In this document: piece after piece, positions 12,310-24,167 of the stretch
Layout of the letters: each line of letters starts with the position of its first letter
Position numbering within the stretch: position 1 is the stretch's first letter
Origin: Chiloscyllium plagiosum
Taxonomy: Eukaryota
DNA length: 64,000 nt
Direction: 5' to 3'
NCBI RefSeq assembly: GCF_004010195.1
Contig: NC_057718.1
Location: 97,219,644 to 97,283,643, forward strand
The notes under the pieces: generated by a model
Told to the model about the DNA's origin: nothing
Database searches by the model: none
Seen by the model: the letters and a program-made list of their open reading frames with translations, nothing else
Position numbers and translations under genes: made by a program

Positions 12310-12720
12310 TCTTTTTTTCTTTTTTTTTACTGAAAGAGAACAGGTGTGCAAATCTTTATTTAATTTCCACCACCAGGAAGAAAGGAAACACCCGAGTGGC
12401 CAGTGACAAGCAGTGCCCTTCACATAAAAGGGCAATGCTGTGTGATCAAACAGTGAAGGGGAGGGCAGGGATCAAATCAAAATAGAGTTGGAGGGGGAAA
12501 TAATGCACTCCACTCCCTGCGGTGCCCATCTCTCCCTGAACAGCTCCAGGGTGTTGGTGGACACCGCGTGCTCCTTCTCCAGAGATACCCGAGCTCTGAC
12601 AAGACCATGGAAGAGGGGGAGGCAATCAGCCATAATAGCCCCCTCCACAGCGCAGGGCCTGGACCTGTTTATGGCCAGTTTGGCCGGGCCCAGGAGCAGA
12701 CCCATGAGGAGGTCCTCTGT
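12310..12720 (-). mobile_element. L1/Tx1-like LINE 3' end
   Basis: EDLLMGLLLGPAKLAINRSR..F..RW..ILI-stop resembles a Tx1 ORF2 C-terminus; then AATAAA and an A-rich tail on the minus strand. Confidence 0.7.
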
Positions 12721-13254
12721 GGTGTGGGTTTTTATTTGGTATGCGTTTGAATGAGCTTGTTCAGAGATGTTATGACACACTACTGCAGCACTTGGACCTG
12801 GGTCTCCTGGCTGAGAGATGGGGTCTCTGCCACCTCACTACAAGAGCTTTAATGGCATACTGCTCCCCTGATGTGAATTGTGTTGTGTGCCTCGGTAACT
12901 GAGTGCCATGGTCAATTAGTATTCCATCTGGCTGTTTCCAGGCTGTGAGAATGGAGAAGACACACTGAGGATTCTCTCGACAGCCTTCAAAAAGCTGCTT
13001 GGATGCCTAATTGGACAAATAAATCCTTTTAAAATTGCAAACTGTCTAGCTATTGTATTTGCGTACCACTCAAGGGCATCGATTTGACAATGTCGCACAG
13101 AATGTGTCGAATGATGGAACATGACCGTACAATCCCAGTGACAGTCAGTGATCTTGTGAAGTGACCTTGGGGTTGGATTTAGTCATCAGTGTGTCCTCGT
13201 GATGAAATGATTGGCAATCATTGGTGAAAATTCTTAGTGGTTACAGCGGAGATT

Positions 13255-13580
13255 GGGATGGCCTGGTAGCTCAGTGGTTAGCACTGCTGCCTCACCCCAC
13301 CAGGGTCCCGGGTTCAATCCCAGCCTCGGGCGACTGTGTGTGGAGTTTGCAGGTTCTCCCTGTGTCTGCATGGGTTTCCTCCAAATGTTCCAGTTTCCTC
13401 CCACAGTCCAAAGATGCGCAGGTTAGGTGGACTGTCCAAGTTAAATTGCTCATAGTGTGCAGACTATGTGGATTAGCCAGAGGAAATGCAGGGGTGGAAG
13501 TGTCGGTCTGGTTTGGGTGCTCTTTTGCGGGTCGGTGTGGCCCTGATGGGCTGAATGGTCTGCCAAGATTCTGTGAGATT
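13255..13580 (+). mobile_element. HE1 V-SINE
   Basis: Head, V-domain and diverged tail. Confidence 0.85.
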
Positions 13581-15279
13581 GACTCCTTGTCTTGTAGGGG
13601 CGTGAGAGTTCACTTTCTGTAAACGTTCAGTGATAGGCACCAATTGATTGGCTCATTGTCACAATCCTTGTCCAATGGCAAATTGGCATTCCTCGCTCAC
13701 CATTCCCTCAGTTAGCATGGAAGTTCAGAATTGTTATAGGGCAGAATGAGGCTATTAAACCCATTGTGTCTGTACTGGCTACTTGAGCAGTTTAACTCAG
13801 CGCCAATAACCCTGAACTTGTAGCTACCACATGCCAAGACAGTATGTTCCACATCCAACCTAATCATAGAGCGTAGAGCATTACAGCGCAGTACAGGCCC
13901 TTCGGCCCTCAATGTTGTGTGACCTGTGGAACCAATCTGAAGCCCATCTAACCTACACTATTCTACTTTCATCCATATGTTTATCCAATGATTTGCTGTG
14001 GGGGAAAAAGTTTGTTCTCTCACTTCACTTTTCCTACTTTTGCAAAACACTTGAAAACCATCTCCTCTGGTTCTTGATCCATTGTGAGTGGGAGCACTTC
14101 CTCCCTCACCACCCAGATTTTGAGAACCTCGGTCAGATCTCCTCTTAGCCTTTCTCCCTCCAGGATAATTGGCCCGATTTCTACAACCTATCTCATCTCT
14201 TTGATGTGGCTGGAGAACCTGTATTTGTGAACCAAGCCTTCCATCTACTTCTGCCTGTTTTATTTTCCTAATGGAGTTGGGGTACTGATGCTGGATGCTT
14301 GAACCTAATATATACTATTTGCATCCAATCCCCATGCACTTCGATGAACCTGCACCTTTTGTCTTGCATTTCTCTTTCAATTGGAGCAGCCGTACGTCCA
14401 CTGGTGAGCGATGTCAGAGAGAGATGGTGTGTGAATGGGACTGGCATACCTAAAAGTGGACAAATCCCCAGGACCAGATGAAATGGACCCCAGGTTGTTA
14501 AAATAAACGCGAGAAGGTTTAATTGTAGAGCACAAAGTTGTGAGGGATAGAGCATATGAAAGGATTATTTACACGAGAGAGGCAAGGTGATTCTTACATG
14601 AAGAGTGATAGATTAGTGAAAGGGTGCCCTCGTACACTAATTGTTGAAGGTAAGCATGCAGTGAAGAAGGCGAGTGGTTTGTTGTCTTTAATAGCTGGTG
14701 GACCTTCGACTATCGGGGCAGGGTTCTCTCGCCACCATTGTATAGACCACTGCTGGGGTATTGTGTGATGTTTTGGCCTCCTTATCTGGGGAAGGATTAG
14801 ATTAGATTCCCTATAGTGTGAATCGTCAACTGCTTCTCAAAGGAGCGGAGCAGTAGTGTCAGGGAGAGGGGAGACCACCCCATAATAAAACCATTAGAAA
14901 TAGGAACAGACCATTCAGCCCTTCAAACCTGTGCAGTAGGATCATGACTGATCTGACATTCCTCACAACCATTTTCCTGCCCTCTCCCCAGAATCCTTCA
15001 TTCCCCGACTGACCAAGAATCTATCTCTCTCAGCATTCCTGAAAGTTTGTAAAAGTTGTCTGTAGGGAAGGATAACGTGCTCTGACCCGGTTATGTTCCC
15101 AGAGCCTCAGAAAGCCCTCTCGACAGGAGGTGCAGAAGAGATCAGAGACTCAAATAGTACTGCAAGCAGAACATTGCAGACAGTAGTAGCATTGACTAGC
15201 TTGGTGCGGCTGACTAGAGCAGCTGTGTTCATGATAGCCATGAACTTGCTTCCGGAATGTGGTACGTGATAGATCGAGG

Positions 15280-15575
15280 CAAGATGATGGCCAAGTGGCA
15301 TTACTGCTGAACTGTTAATCTGCAGACCGAGATTCAAATCCTGCCACTGGCCGATGATTGGTATTTGAATTCAATAAAAATCTGGAATTACGAGTCTGAT
15401 GCTGACCGTGAAACTATTGCCAAATATTGGAAAAACCCAGCTAACTCCCTTAGAGAAGGGAACTGTGATTCCAAGTAATTGCTCCACAAATCAAATGGTT
15501 GGCCCTTAACTGCGTGATGGGCAATAAATACTGGCCTAGCAAGTGATGCTCTTATCCCATGAATGAATTAAAAAC
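15280..15575 (+). mobile_element. tRNA-derived SINE family 2
   Basis: TTCAAATCC..TTTGAATTCAATAAAAATCTGGAAT..GATGGGCAATAAAT..CCCATGAATGAAT. Confidence 0.7.
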
Positions 15576-15946
15576 AAAATAATGTGCTGTTGATGTCCTG
15601 ACTAGTGTGGTTGTTAGGACCAGCATAGCTGGACTGGACTGGGCAGTGCTCCTGTGTTACACTGAACTGCACACAGCCACACGTCGTCTCTTTTCAGCAG
15701 ATGATTTTGTTGAATCAGAATTTGATGACCGTTCACTCCAGCCCACTGAAAGGATATTCAGGATTGGTTCACCCACCCTGAAATATGTTTGCAAAGAGCG
15801 GTAATTGGAACTGCATATTATTCCTGCTGCCGAATGGATAGAAATTCAGACCCGTTCAGATATTTCTACCATGGTTTGATGCAGCTGCAAGGTGATCTCG
15901 TGAGAAACCAGGAAAAGCTCAAATAATACCAACAGCATCCAATCAA

Positions 15947-16155
15947 AGCTAAAAATCACACAACACCAGGTTATAGTCCAACAGGTTTAATTGGAAGCAC
16001 TGGCTTTCAGAGCGCTGCTCCTTCACCGGGTGGTTGGATGAAGGAGCGTCGCTCCGAAAGCTCGTGCTTCCAATTAAACCTGTTGGACTATAACCTGCCG
16101 TTGTGTGACTTTTAACTTTGTACATTCCAGTCCAACACTGGCATCTCCAAATCAT
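15947..16155. mobile_element. PLE-terminus fold-back insertion, family B
   Basis: Inverted arms; two damaged hammerheads at the turn; 13-bp TSD AGCATCCAATCAA at 15934-15946 and 16156-16168. Confidence 0.85.
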
Positions 16156-16415
16156 AGCATCCAATCAACTTCTGATTCTTAGAAAATGCTTTTCCTTGCA
16201 ACAAAGCCGCAAGAGAGATTTCCCAACAGCTGCCTGACACTTAATTCCAGATTTTTATTGAATTCAAATACCATCATCCACCAAAGGCAGGATTTGAACC
16301 TGGGTCCCCAAAACATCACCTGGGTCTTTAGACTAACAGTCCAGCGATAATACCACTAGTCCATTGTCTTGCCTATATCTAGTGTATGCTACATTCCTGA
16401 AGCACATTCATGGAT

Positions 16416-16690
16416 ATTAGATTAGATTAGATTCCCTGCAGTGTGGAAACAGGGTCTTTGGCCCAACAAGTCCACTCCGACCCTCCGAACAGTAACCCAC
16501 TCAGACCTATTTTCCTCTGACTAATGCACCTAACACTATGGGCAATTTCCCATGGCCAATTCATCTGAACTGCACATCTTTGGACTGTGGGAGGAAACCG
16601 GAGCACCCGGAGGAAACCAACGCAGACACCGAGAGAATATGCAAACTCCACACAGACAGTTGCCCGGGTCTGGAACCCGGTTGCTCTAGT
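16416..16690 (-). mobile_element. HE1 V-SINE (5'-truncated)
   Basis: (ATTAG)n tail and V-domain on the minus strand. Confidence 0.85.
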
Positions 16691-16861
16691 CAATGCTAAT
16701 GCTGTCTGCAATGTTCATGACTACCTGACCCTTTTGGAGTAGAAATGCCCCAGGTTTCAGCCCCGTCCTGATCAAGCTGACCAAGCAATCGTCAGTCCTG
16801 CCTATGGTTTCAGCTCTCTCAGACTAAAACCCAGCTCGACTCCCTCAAGTGCTGCTACTTA

Positions 16862-17495
16862 GCTGTAGCTTGGTCAGTAGTATTCTTGCCTCCTGCAGTA
16901 CAAAGGTTTGCCGGTTCAAGTCCTACTCTGGAAACTTGGCCTCAAAAGCGAAGTCGACCATTCCAGTGCACGATTGAGCGTGTGCTCCATTGTTGGAGGG
17001 GCAGTCTTTTGGATGAGCCATGAAACTGAGACCAAGGGATCATTTGGCTGGATGGCTGGTGCAGAGTGATGCCAACAATGCTGGTTCAGTTCCTGCACTG
17101 GATAAGGTGTTCATAAAGGACTCTCCTTCTCAACCTTTCCCCTCGCCTGAGGCATGGTGACTCTCAGATTAAATCACCACCGGTCCTCTCTCTCCAGTGA
17201 GAGATCAGCCGTATGGCGTGATAAGTCTACAGCGACTGTACTATTAAACCAAGACTCGACCTGCTTGGGTTGTGTAAAATAGCCCATGGCAGTATTAAGA
17301 AGCAGAACTGGAGTCCAGGCTCAATCAACATCACACAGTTAGATTAGCACCTTGCTGTTTGTGGGAATGCTGCCTATAAATTAGCTCTTGTGTCATTATG
17401 ACAGTGACTACACTTCATTAAAAGTACTGTATTAGATGGAAAGCATTCTAAAGATTTAGTTATCATGAAAAATGTTGTCTAAATATACGTTTTTC
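16862..17495 (+). mobile_element. Deu-domain SINE (SacSINE1/AmnSINE1-like), interrupted at about 17030-17240 by another SINE
   Basis: GGTTCAAGTCC..CCAGTGCA..TTGGAGG..TCTTTTGGATGAG..TTAAACC..CCCATGGCA..TTGCTGTTTGTGGGA..CAGTGACTACACTTCA. Confidence 0.7.
17030..17240 (+). mobile_element. tRNA-derived SINE family 3 (related minus-strand copies at about 19885-20080, 32705-32905, 43320-43483)
   Basis: Shared CTCCTTCTCAACC..CCCCTCGCCTGAGG..GTGAC.CTCAG..AAA.CACCACC motif across four loci. Confidence 0.6.
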
Positions 17496-17867
17496 TCTTT
17501 CTGTCCATCACCACCTGCTGGAAGTGGCAGCTGTGGACAGGATTGAGCTCAGCTGTCTGTGTTTTGTCTGCTACATTTGAAATATACTGCAAGCCAAAGC
17601 ACTGTCACTACTGTATCACAACAGGTGGTCAGTGCAATGATGTAAGGAATGTAGGCCACTCGGCCTATCAAACCTGCTCCCCCCATGCAGTGTGATCACA
17701 GCTGATCTTCTCCCTTAACTCTGCTTTCCCACTCACTCCCCATATCTCTGGCTTCACTGAGGGGTCAAATATTACCCACCCCAGCCTTGAGTATAATCAA
17801 TGATAAGATCATCTACAGATCTCTTGAACAGAGATTCCAAAGGTGCATAAACCACTGAGTGAGGTAG

Positions 17868-18300
17868 AGTCATGAAAATAGATCCTTCCATCCAACTCTT
17901 CCATGCCTACATAAGTCTAGTCCCATTTGCCAGCAATTGGCCCATATGCCTCTATCCCTTCCTATTCATATATCCATCCAGATGCCTTTTAAATGTTGTA
18001 ACTGTACCAGCTCCATCACTTTCTCTGACAGCTCATTCCATACACCCACCACCACCTGCATGAAAAAACTGCCCCTCAGGTCTCTTTTAAATCCTTCCTC
18101 TCTCGACTCCCCTACCCTGGAAAAAAAAATCCTTGTCTGTTTATCCTAGCCATGCCCCTCATGATGTTATAAACCTCTATAAGGTCACCCCTCAGCCTTC
18201 GATACTTCAGGGAAGAACCTATTCAGCCTCTCCCTGTTGCTCAAACCTTCCAACCCGACAGCATCCTTGTGTGTGTTTTCTGTACCCTTTCACATTTCAC
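17868..18300 (-). mobile_element. HER1-like LINE 3' fragment
   Basis: Same sequence family as 736-1830. Confidence 0.85.
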
Positions 18301-18544
18301 ATCTTGTATTTGACACTTTGTCCTCTGGCGAAGGTTTGGGGGTTCAAGTCCTACTCCGGAAACTTGGGCTCAAAAGCCAAGTCGGACATTCCAGTGAAGG
18401 ATTGAGGGTATGCTCCATTGTTGGAGGGGTCCGTGTTCTTGGCTCCTCAGTCAAAAGGAGCAACCTATTCTCTGGCAAGCCCCTTCTCAATCTTCTCTGT
18501 TTTGTCGAGGCCACCTCCATTTCTTCTAAACCTCAGAGGAGATA

Positions 18545-18696
18545 CAGTACAACCTCGATTATCCGGACAAGACGGAGTACTTTATTAGGATAACTGATTG
18601 TTTGGAACACTGAATACGTTTTTACGGAACCTTGAGATCTTGTTCAGACAATCTGAAATTTGGATACTTGACATTCAGATAACCGAGATTGTTCTG
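18545..18696. mobile_element. Tc1/mariner-pogo-type MITE
   Basis: TA/CAGTACAACCTCGATTATCCG ... CAGATAACCGAGATTGTTCTG/TA: imperfect 21-bp TIRs with TA TSD. Confidence 0.75.
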
Positions 18697-19204
18697 TAGT
18701 CCCAGTTTATCCCACCTCTCACCATCGGATGCCTCTCCCATTCCAGGAACTGATGTTGCTGTTTCTCACCCAAGGCAAGCATATCCTTCCTTCGGTGTAG
18801 AGAGTAAAACTGCTCCCAGTAATCTGTGATCAGTCTCAACAAATCTCTATACAATTGGAACTTCCTTGTTTGTGACCAAAATGCCTTTTGCCTTCCTAAT
18901 TGTTTTCTGTATTTGGGTAAACTTCCCTGTGTTTTGTCCTTGAACATACATAAGTCCCTCTGCGCATCAACATCTCAGAACGTCGTGGCTTTCTAAAAAT
19001 TGTCTTTATTTTCGGCATTTCTTCGAGAGCAGATGCATGGCTTTTATGCAAATCTTGCTGAGAGTTGGCGGACATTAATATTGTAGTTTAAACACTTGTT
19101 TCACTCTCACTGATGCTGCATTAAGTGGCTAAATGTTTGTTTTTAAATAAATTGATGATCTGAATTGCAAATGAGGCACCTCTGCTTGCAATGCTGTCAA
19201 ATAA

Positions 19205-19660
19205 GGCCATAGTATTTATGTCACTGAAGAAGTCAGCCAGTAGCCCAGTCCAATGACCTGGGGACTTAAGTTCAAACCTCATCATGGCAGCTCAGGAACT
19301 TACATTTGGTTAATTAATTAACATGAAAATCTGAAATGGAAAGCTAATACCAGTAATGGCGGTGACTGTGTAACTACCAGACTGTCATAAAAGCCCACTT
19401 AGTTCACTCGTGTCCTTTTGGAAAGGGAATGTGCTGTGCTCACCCAAACTGGGAGTGCAATTCCACAGCAATGTGGTTGACTCTTAAACACCCTCTTATG
19501 GAGGGGGGCTGGGTGTATTAAATAGTTGTGAGAAAGTCTTTATATCATACTTTCGCCACACAGGTGTCGCATTTCAGGCAGGGAGCTCCGCATCACCTTG
19601 TCAAGGGCAGTTAAGGATGGACAGTTAATGGCGACCAGGCTGTCCTGTGATTGAACAAAT
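19205..19660 (+). mobile_element. tRNA-derived SINE family 2 (diverged)
   Basis: GTTCACTCGTGTCC..CCACAGCAATGTGGTTGACTCTTAA..AAGGGCAGTTAAGGATGG. Confidence 0.65.
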
Positions 19661-20734
19661 GAAAGCACACATTCTGACCTCCGCTGGATTGTGGCCTTTG
19701 ACTAAATGTCTGTTGAAGCTTGCACAGTCAACCACATGGAACAGAAACTCTCCAGGTTCGGTTGTTGGTCACTACTGAGGCATAATGCCAAAGCAACATC
19801 TGTCTTTGTTTCCATTGTTCACAGAATTAAACGCTGCTGTGAGGTGATTGGGTGACAGAGGTCAGTTGGCCCCAACTGGGAATGAAGTCATCATAGTCCT
19901 ACCAGCCTGGAGAACTGCTCTTGCATTTGAGAGAGAGGTGACAGGTGGAGATTTAACCTGAGGGCCATCGGATGAGGGGAGGGGTTGAGCAGGAGAGTCC
20001 TTTGTGGTAACTCCAGCTGGTGTGGGAATTGAACCTGTAGTATTGGTGTCACAAACCAGCCACCCAGCCTACTGAGCTAGCCAGCATCCCCTCAGCCTCA
20101 ACTGCACATACAAAACCTCTCGTCCCCTCTCTAGTGATGAGCAGAAAAGTTGACTTTGGTCCTGTATTCGGGTTTAAGCCACAGATTGAGACAGAGCAAA
20201 TAGATAATCCTGGAAAAACCAGGCTGCAGTCTCCAGCAATAGCAGAGGAAATGGATAACAGACAAAAATTCACGTCTGATTTTTAATTTAAAACCTCCTT
20301 TCTGTCATCTTCGAAAATGTGTCCTTGTACAAACCATTATCGTCAGGTTTCTTCTTTCCAACCTGTCAGAAGTCAAATTTGAGATTAAAATTGCAGCTGA
20401 CTAAACTCCATTGGTTTCTGTTTGATGAAAAAAAGCATCCATATCTGAGTCTGTGTAGATAATTCAGTCCCTTAAGTGATAGCATAAAACATGAGAGAAA
20501 CACAAATTCATTTAAAAAATTTTCTGCAAAGATATTTAAGTATCAGAAAGGCAGTTGGCAATTTTTAGTCAATTGTTAGATTGCAGCTTTTCAGAAAAAA
20601 AACATTTTTTGGGATGGGAGGCTTTTCTGATAAGGCCGATACTTCTTTGTTATCTCTCGGTCCCCTCCAGCAGATGGTGAGGAATCTTCGTCTTGAGGCG
20701 CTGCAGTCCATGTGGTCAAAGGGCTTCTTTTATC

Positions 20735-20830
20735 AAGAGAAACTTGTGCTGAGTGGGCCAATGTCCCTGACACCAGACTCCCAAAGCAACTTGTTTACTC
20801 AGAACTCACTCCTGATAGGACGACAGTGGA
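20735..20830 (+). mobile_element. RTE-clade LINE fragment
   Basis: Peptide VPDTRLPKQLVYSEL matches the RTE ORF C-terminal motif. Confidence 0.65.
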
Positions 20831-21111
20831 CCATTGCATTGACATATGGACGAAAATGGAATTGTGTAGATTAGATGGGCTTCAGATTGGTTTCACAGGT
20901 CGGCGCAACATCGAGGGCCGAAGGGCCTGTACTGCGCTGTAATGTTCTATGTTGTATAATCACTTCAGGGAATCCCCTTACTGCATTCCCAAAGAGGTCA
21001 ACATTCCGACCGTCATATGCCATGGATCTGGCTTGTAACCAACGGAGATGGAAAAGGAAGAGACCGAACCCAGTGAGAGACTTTGACAGGAGTGTCAAAG
21101 TTGAAGAGTGG

Positions 21112-21465
21112 AATCTAGAATCCCCACAATGTGGAAGTAGGCCATTCAGCCCATCGAGTCCACAGAGACCCTCCGAAGAGCATTCCACCCAGACCCATCC
21201 CCTCCCTGCCACCTTATCCCAGTAACCCTGCATTTCCCATGGCTAACCCACCTAGCCTGCATACTATGTGCAATTTAGCATGGCCAATCCATCTAGGCTG
21301 CACATCTTTAATCTGCAAGAGAAAACTGGAGCATCCAGAGGAAACCCACGCAGGCACGGGGAGAATATGCAAACTCCACACAGACAGTCGCCCAAGGCTG
21401 GAATCAAACCCAGGCCCCTGGTGCTGAGAGGCAGCAGTGCTAACCTATGAGACACTGTGCTGCCC
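21112..21465 (-). mobile_element. HE1 V-SINE (long variant)
   Basis: Head, V-domain and tail on the minus strand. Confidence 0.85.
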
Positions 21466-22787
21466 TAACCACTGAAGTCAGGACAATTCTCCAAACACCT
21501 TGTCTAGCAGCCTTTCAAGCATCATCTATCCCAAATGTAGCAGCCCACACATTGAAACTATCATTGGACCAATATGGTGGTAATTCATCCTCGTTCTTAA
21601 GGGACTGCCTAAGGGAGGGGACATGGCTTCATATTTGATAACATTTGTGATCAGGTTTGAAGGGTTGTGCAGAAGTCACACTGTTGGCCTTACTCTACAT
21701 TACAAACCATTCATCCAACCAGCTGAACTAACTGACTCCAGAAGTGGTGTATATTTATATCCAAGGACCAATTCCCTACAAACAAAAGGAACATATTTAG
21801 AACTTGTATTTTTTTTTGAACTACCCCGATTCAGGGACGTGTAGCTCCCAGTTGCTTCTGCCACTGTAACTCCTCAGCCTATCAGAGTTGGCTTGGCGAT
21901 CAATCATCACCCTTTTCTTCTGTGGTATAAATTGTTGTGATTGTTTGAAATTTGGCATTCTTGCATTTGTCCTGATGAGTGCCGGACAAAAAGCCTTGAG
22001 AACATGTCTCTCTTTTCAGCAGCAATTGAGGTATCCCTCCCACTACGTGAGGAGTTTGTGTCACCTTGGGAAAGGTCTTGAAGGAATGTGGGAAATAGAA
22101 AAGATAGCTTTGAAACAGGTTACTGTTCAATCCTGGACCTTATTCCATGACAGTTACCTTCAATATTGAAGGGGAATGGAGTTTCAAGAGTTGAAAAGGA
22201 ACCCTGGAAACAGATTTTTATTTGCAGTCTGGGTATAGCACAATAGCCTATTCAGCACTTAGCAGTGTGAGGATTTGATTAATATAATGGATAATAATAC
22301 ACCAACATTATACCACAGGTAGTTTGGCACAATGCGTGTATTTAAGTGAGTAAATGTTGGAGGCGTACTATTGGCAGTGAAGGCTTGATACACATATGTT
22401 GGATTGCCTGCTTTCGAAAAGTGCCAACAGATACTATTACACACACCAATAGGATAAGGACAGATGGATCCAAAAATATGTATCCGACGTTGTGCATCCG
22501 ATGTCAAAGCACTGTTGTGTACTTGTCAAAAAATACACTTACTGCTCTTGCAGGCTTGTTACAGGAGCACAGACATCCAAACTTCCACCATCTGCTTCTC
22601 ACCGGCAAAGTGCAGTTTCAGAAAATAGACTATTTCAATGATTCGCTTTCAGAAGCAGAAGAAAGATAGACATTTCTCAGAAGGATAAAGGACCGAAATG
22701 ATCATTGGACATCTTACAATTCATTCATGGGATGTGGACATCGCTAGCTAGGCCACGTTTATTGCCCAGCCTTAATTGCCCAGAAGT

Positions 22788-23080
22788 GGGATGGCACAGT
22801 GACTCAGAGTTTAGCACTGTCACCTTATGGTGCCAAGGGCCCAGGTTCAATCCCACCCTCGGGTGACTTTCTGTGTGGAGTTTGCACGTTCTCCCCGTGT
22901 CAGCGATTGTTTCCTCCAAGTGCTGCACTTTCCTCCCACAGTCCAAAGATGTGCAGATTAGGTGGGTTGGCTATGGGAAACGCAGGGTTCGAGGGATAGG
23001 GTGAGTCTAGGTGGGGTGCTGTTTGGATGGTCAGTGTGGACTTGGAGGGCTGAATGGTGTGCCTCCACACTATAGGAATG
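22788..23080 (+). mobile_element. HE1 V-SINE inserted in a minus-strand SINE family 2 copy (22722-23355)
   Basis: HE1 motifs; the host SINE resumes at GAGGGTTAAGAGTCA. Confidence 0.8.
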
Positions 23081-23642
23081 CCATGGAGGGTTAAGAGTCA
23101 GCTATGTTGCTGTGGGTCTGGAGTCATGTGTAGACCAGATCAGCTGAGGATGGCAGATTCCTTTCCCTGGAGGACATCAGTGAACCAGATGCTTTTTACA
23201 ACAACTGACTGGAGATACGTGGTCGCCAAAAATCCAGTTTCTGTTTTTAAAACTGATTTCACATTTCACTAGTTGTCATGGTGACATTTGAACTTGTGTT
23301 CCCAGAATACCAGCTTCAGTTTCTGGTCTACTGAGCCAGTGACATTAACACCACTATCCTCACCTTGCTGAGAGCTCTGTTGTTCACTGTTCAGGTTATG
23401 ACTTTCATTGGGAAATGTGTTATGGACATATTCAGATTTTGTTGCAGGATGTTGTTATGGAAGTAAGCCTTCCATTTTAGATGCAAAGCACAAGTATAAC
23501 TTCTGGTATGAGAAGCTTGAATGATGAATGGACTCAAATAATGTTGACTTCGCTAATGCTGATTTTGCTTTATGCACCCCCTGTGCAGTGTAACCTAGTA
23601 TGCCTTGCCCTGTCTAAGTACTCTGTGATCCGTACATCCTTG

Positions 23643-24006
23643 TATAAAATTATTAATGGATTGGACACTCTGGAGGCAGGAAGCATGTTTCTGCTGATGG
23701 GTGAGTCCAGAACCAGAGGACACAGTTTAAAAATGAGTAGGAAGGCCATTTAGAACAGAGTTGAGGAGAAACTTCTTCACCCAGAGAGTGGTGGTTGTGT
23801 GGAATGCTCTGCCCCAGAAGGCAGTGGAGGCCAAATCTCTGGATACTTTCAAGAACGAGATGGATAGAGCTCTTAGAGATAGTGGGATCAAGGGTTATGG
23901 GGATAAGGCAGGAACAGGATACTGATTGTGGGTGATCAGCCATGACCAGAATGAATGGTGGTGCTGGCTCGAAGGGCTGAATGACCTACACCTGCACCTA
24001 TTGTCT
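23643..24006 (+). mobile_element. CR1-clade LINE 3' end (non-HER1 subfamily)
   Basis: YKIINGLD..GESRTRGHSLK, then AACTTCTTCACCCAGAGAGTGGTG and tail GGCTCGAAGGGCTGAATG. Confidence 0.85.
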
Positions 24007-24011
24007 ATTGT

Positions 24012-24167
24012 GGAAATGTGTTGCTGGAAAAACGCAGCAGGTCAGGCAGCATCTAGGGAACAGGAGAATCCACGTTTCGGGCATTAGCCCTTCTTCAGAT
24101 TCTCCTTTTCCCTAGATGCTGCCTGACCTGCTGCGTTTTTCCAGCAACACATTTCCATCTCTGATCT
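24012..24167. mobile_element. PLE-terminus fold-back insertion, family A
   Basis: Inverted arms; minus-strand hammerhead 24071-24098 with GUC changed to GUG; flanked by a 71-bp direct duplication. Confidence 0.8.

Noticed and set aside
15698..15800. Possible exon (TTTTCAG ... GTAATT) encoding DDFVESEFDDRSLQ..
   Set aside because: Weak donor, unrecognised peptide and no supporting neighbouring exon.
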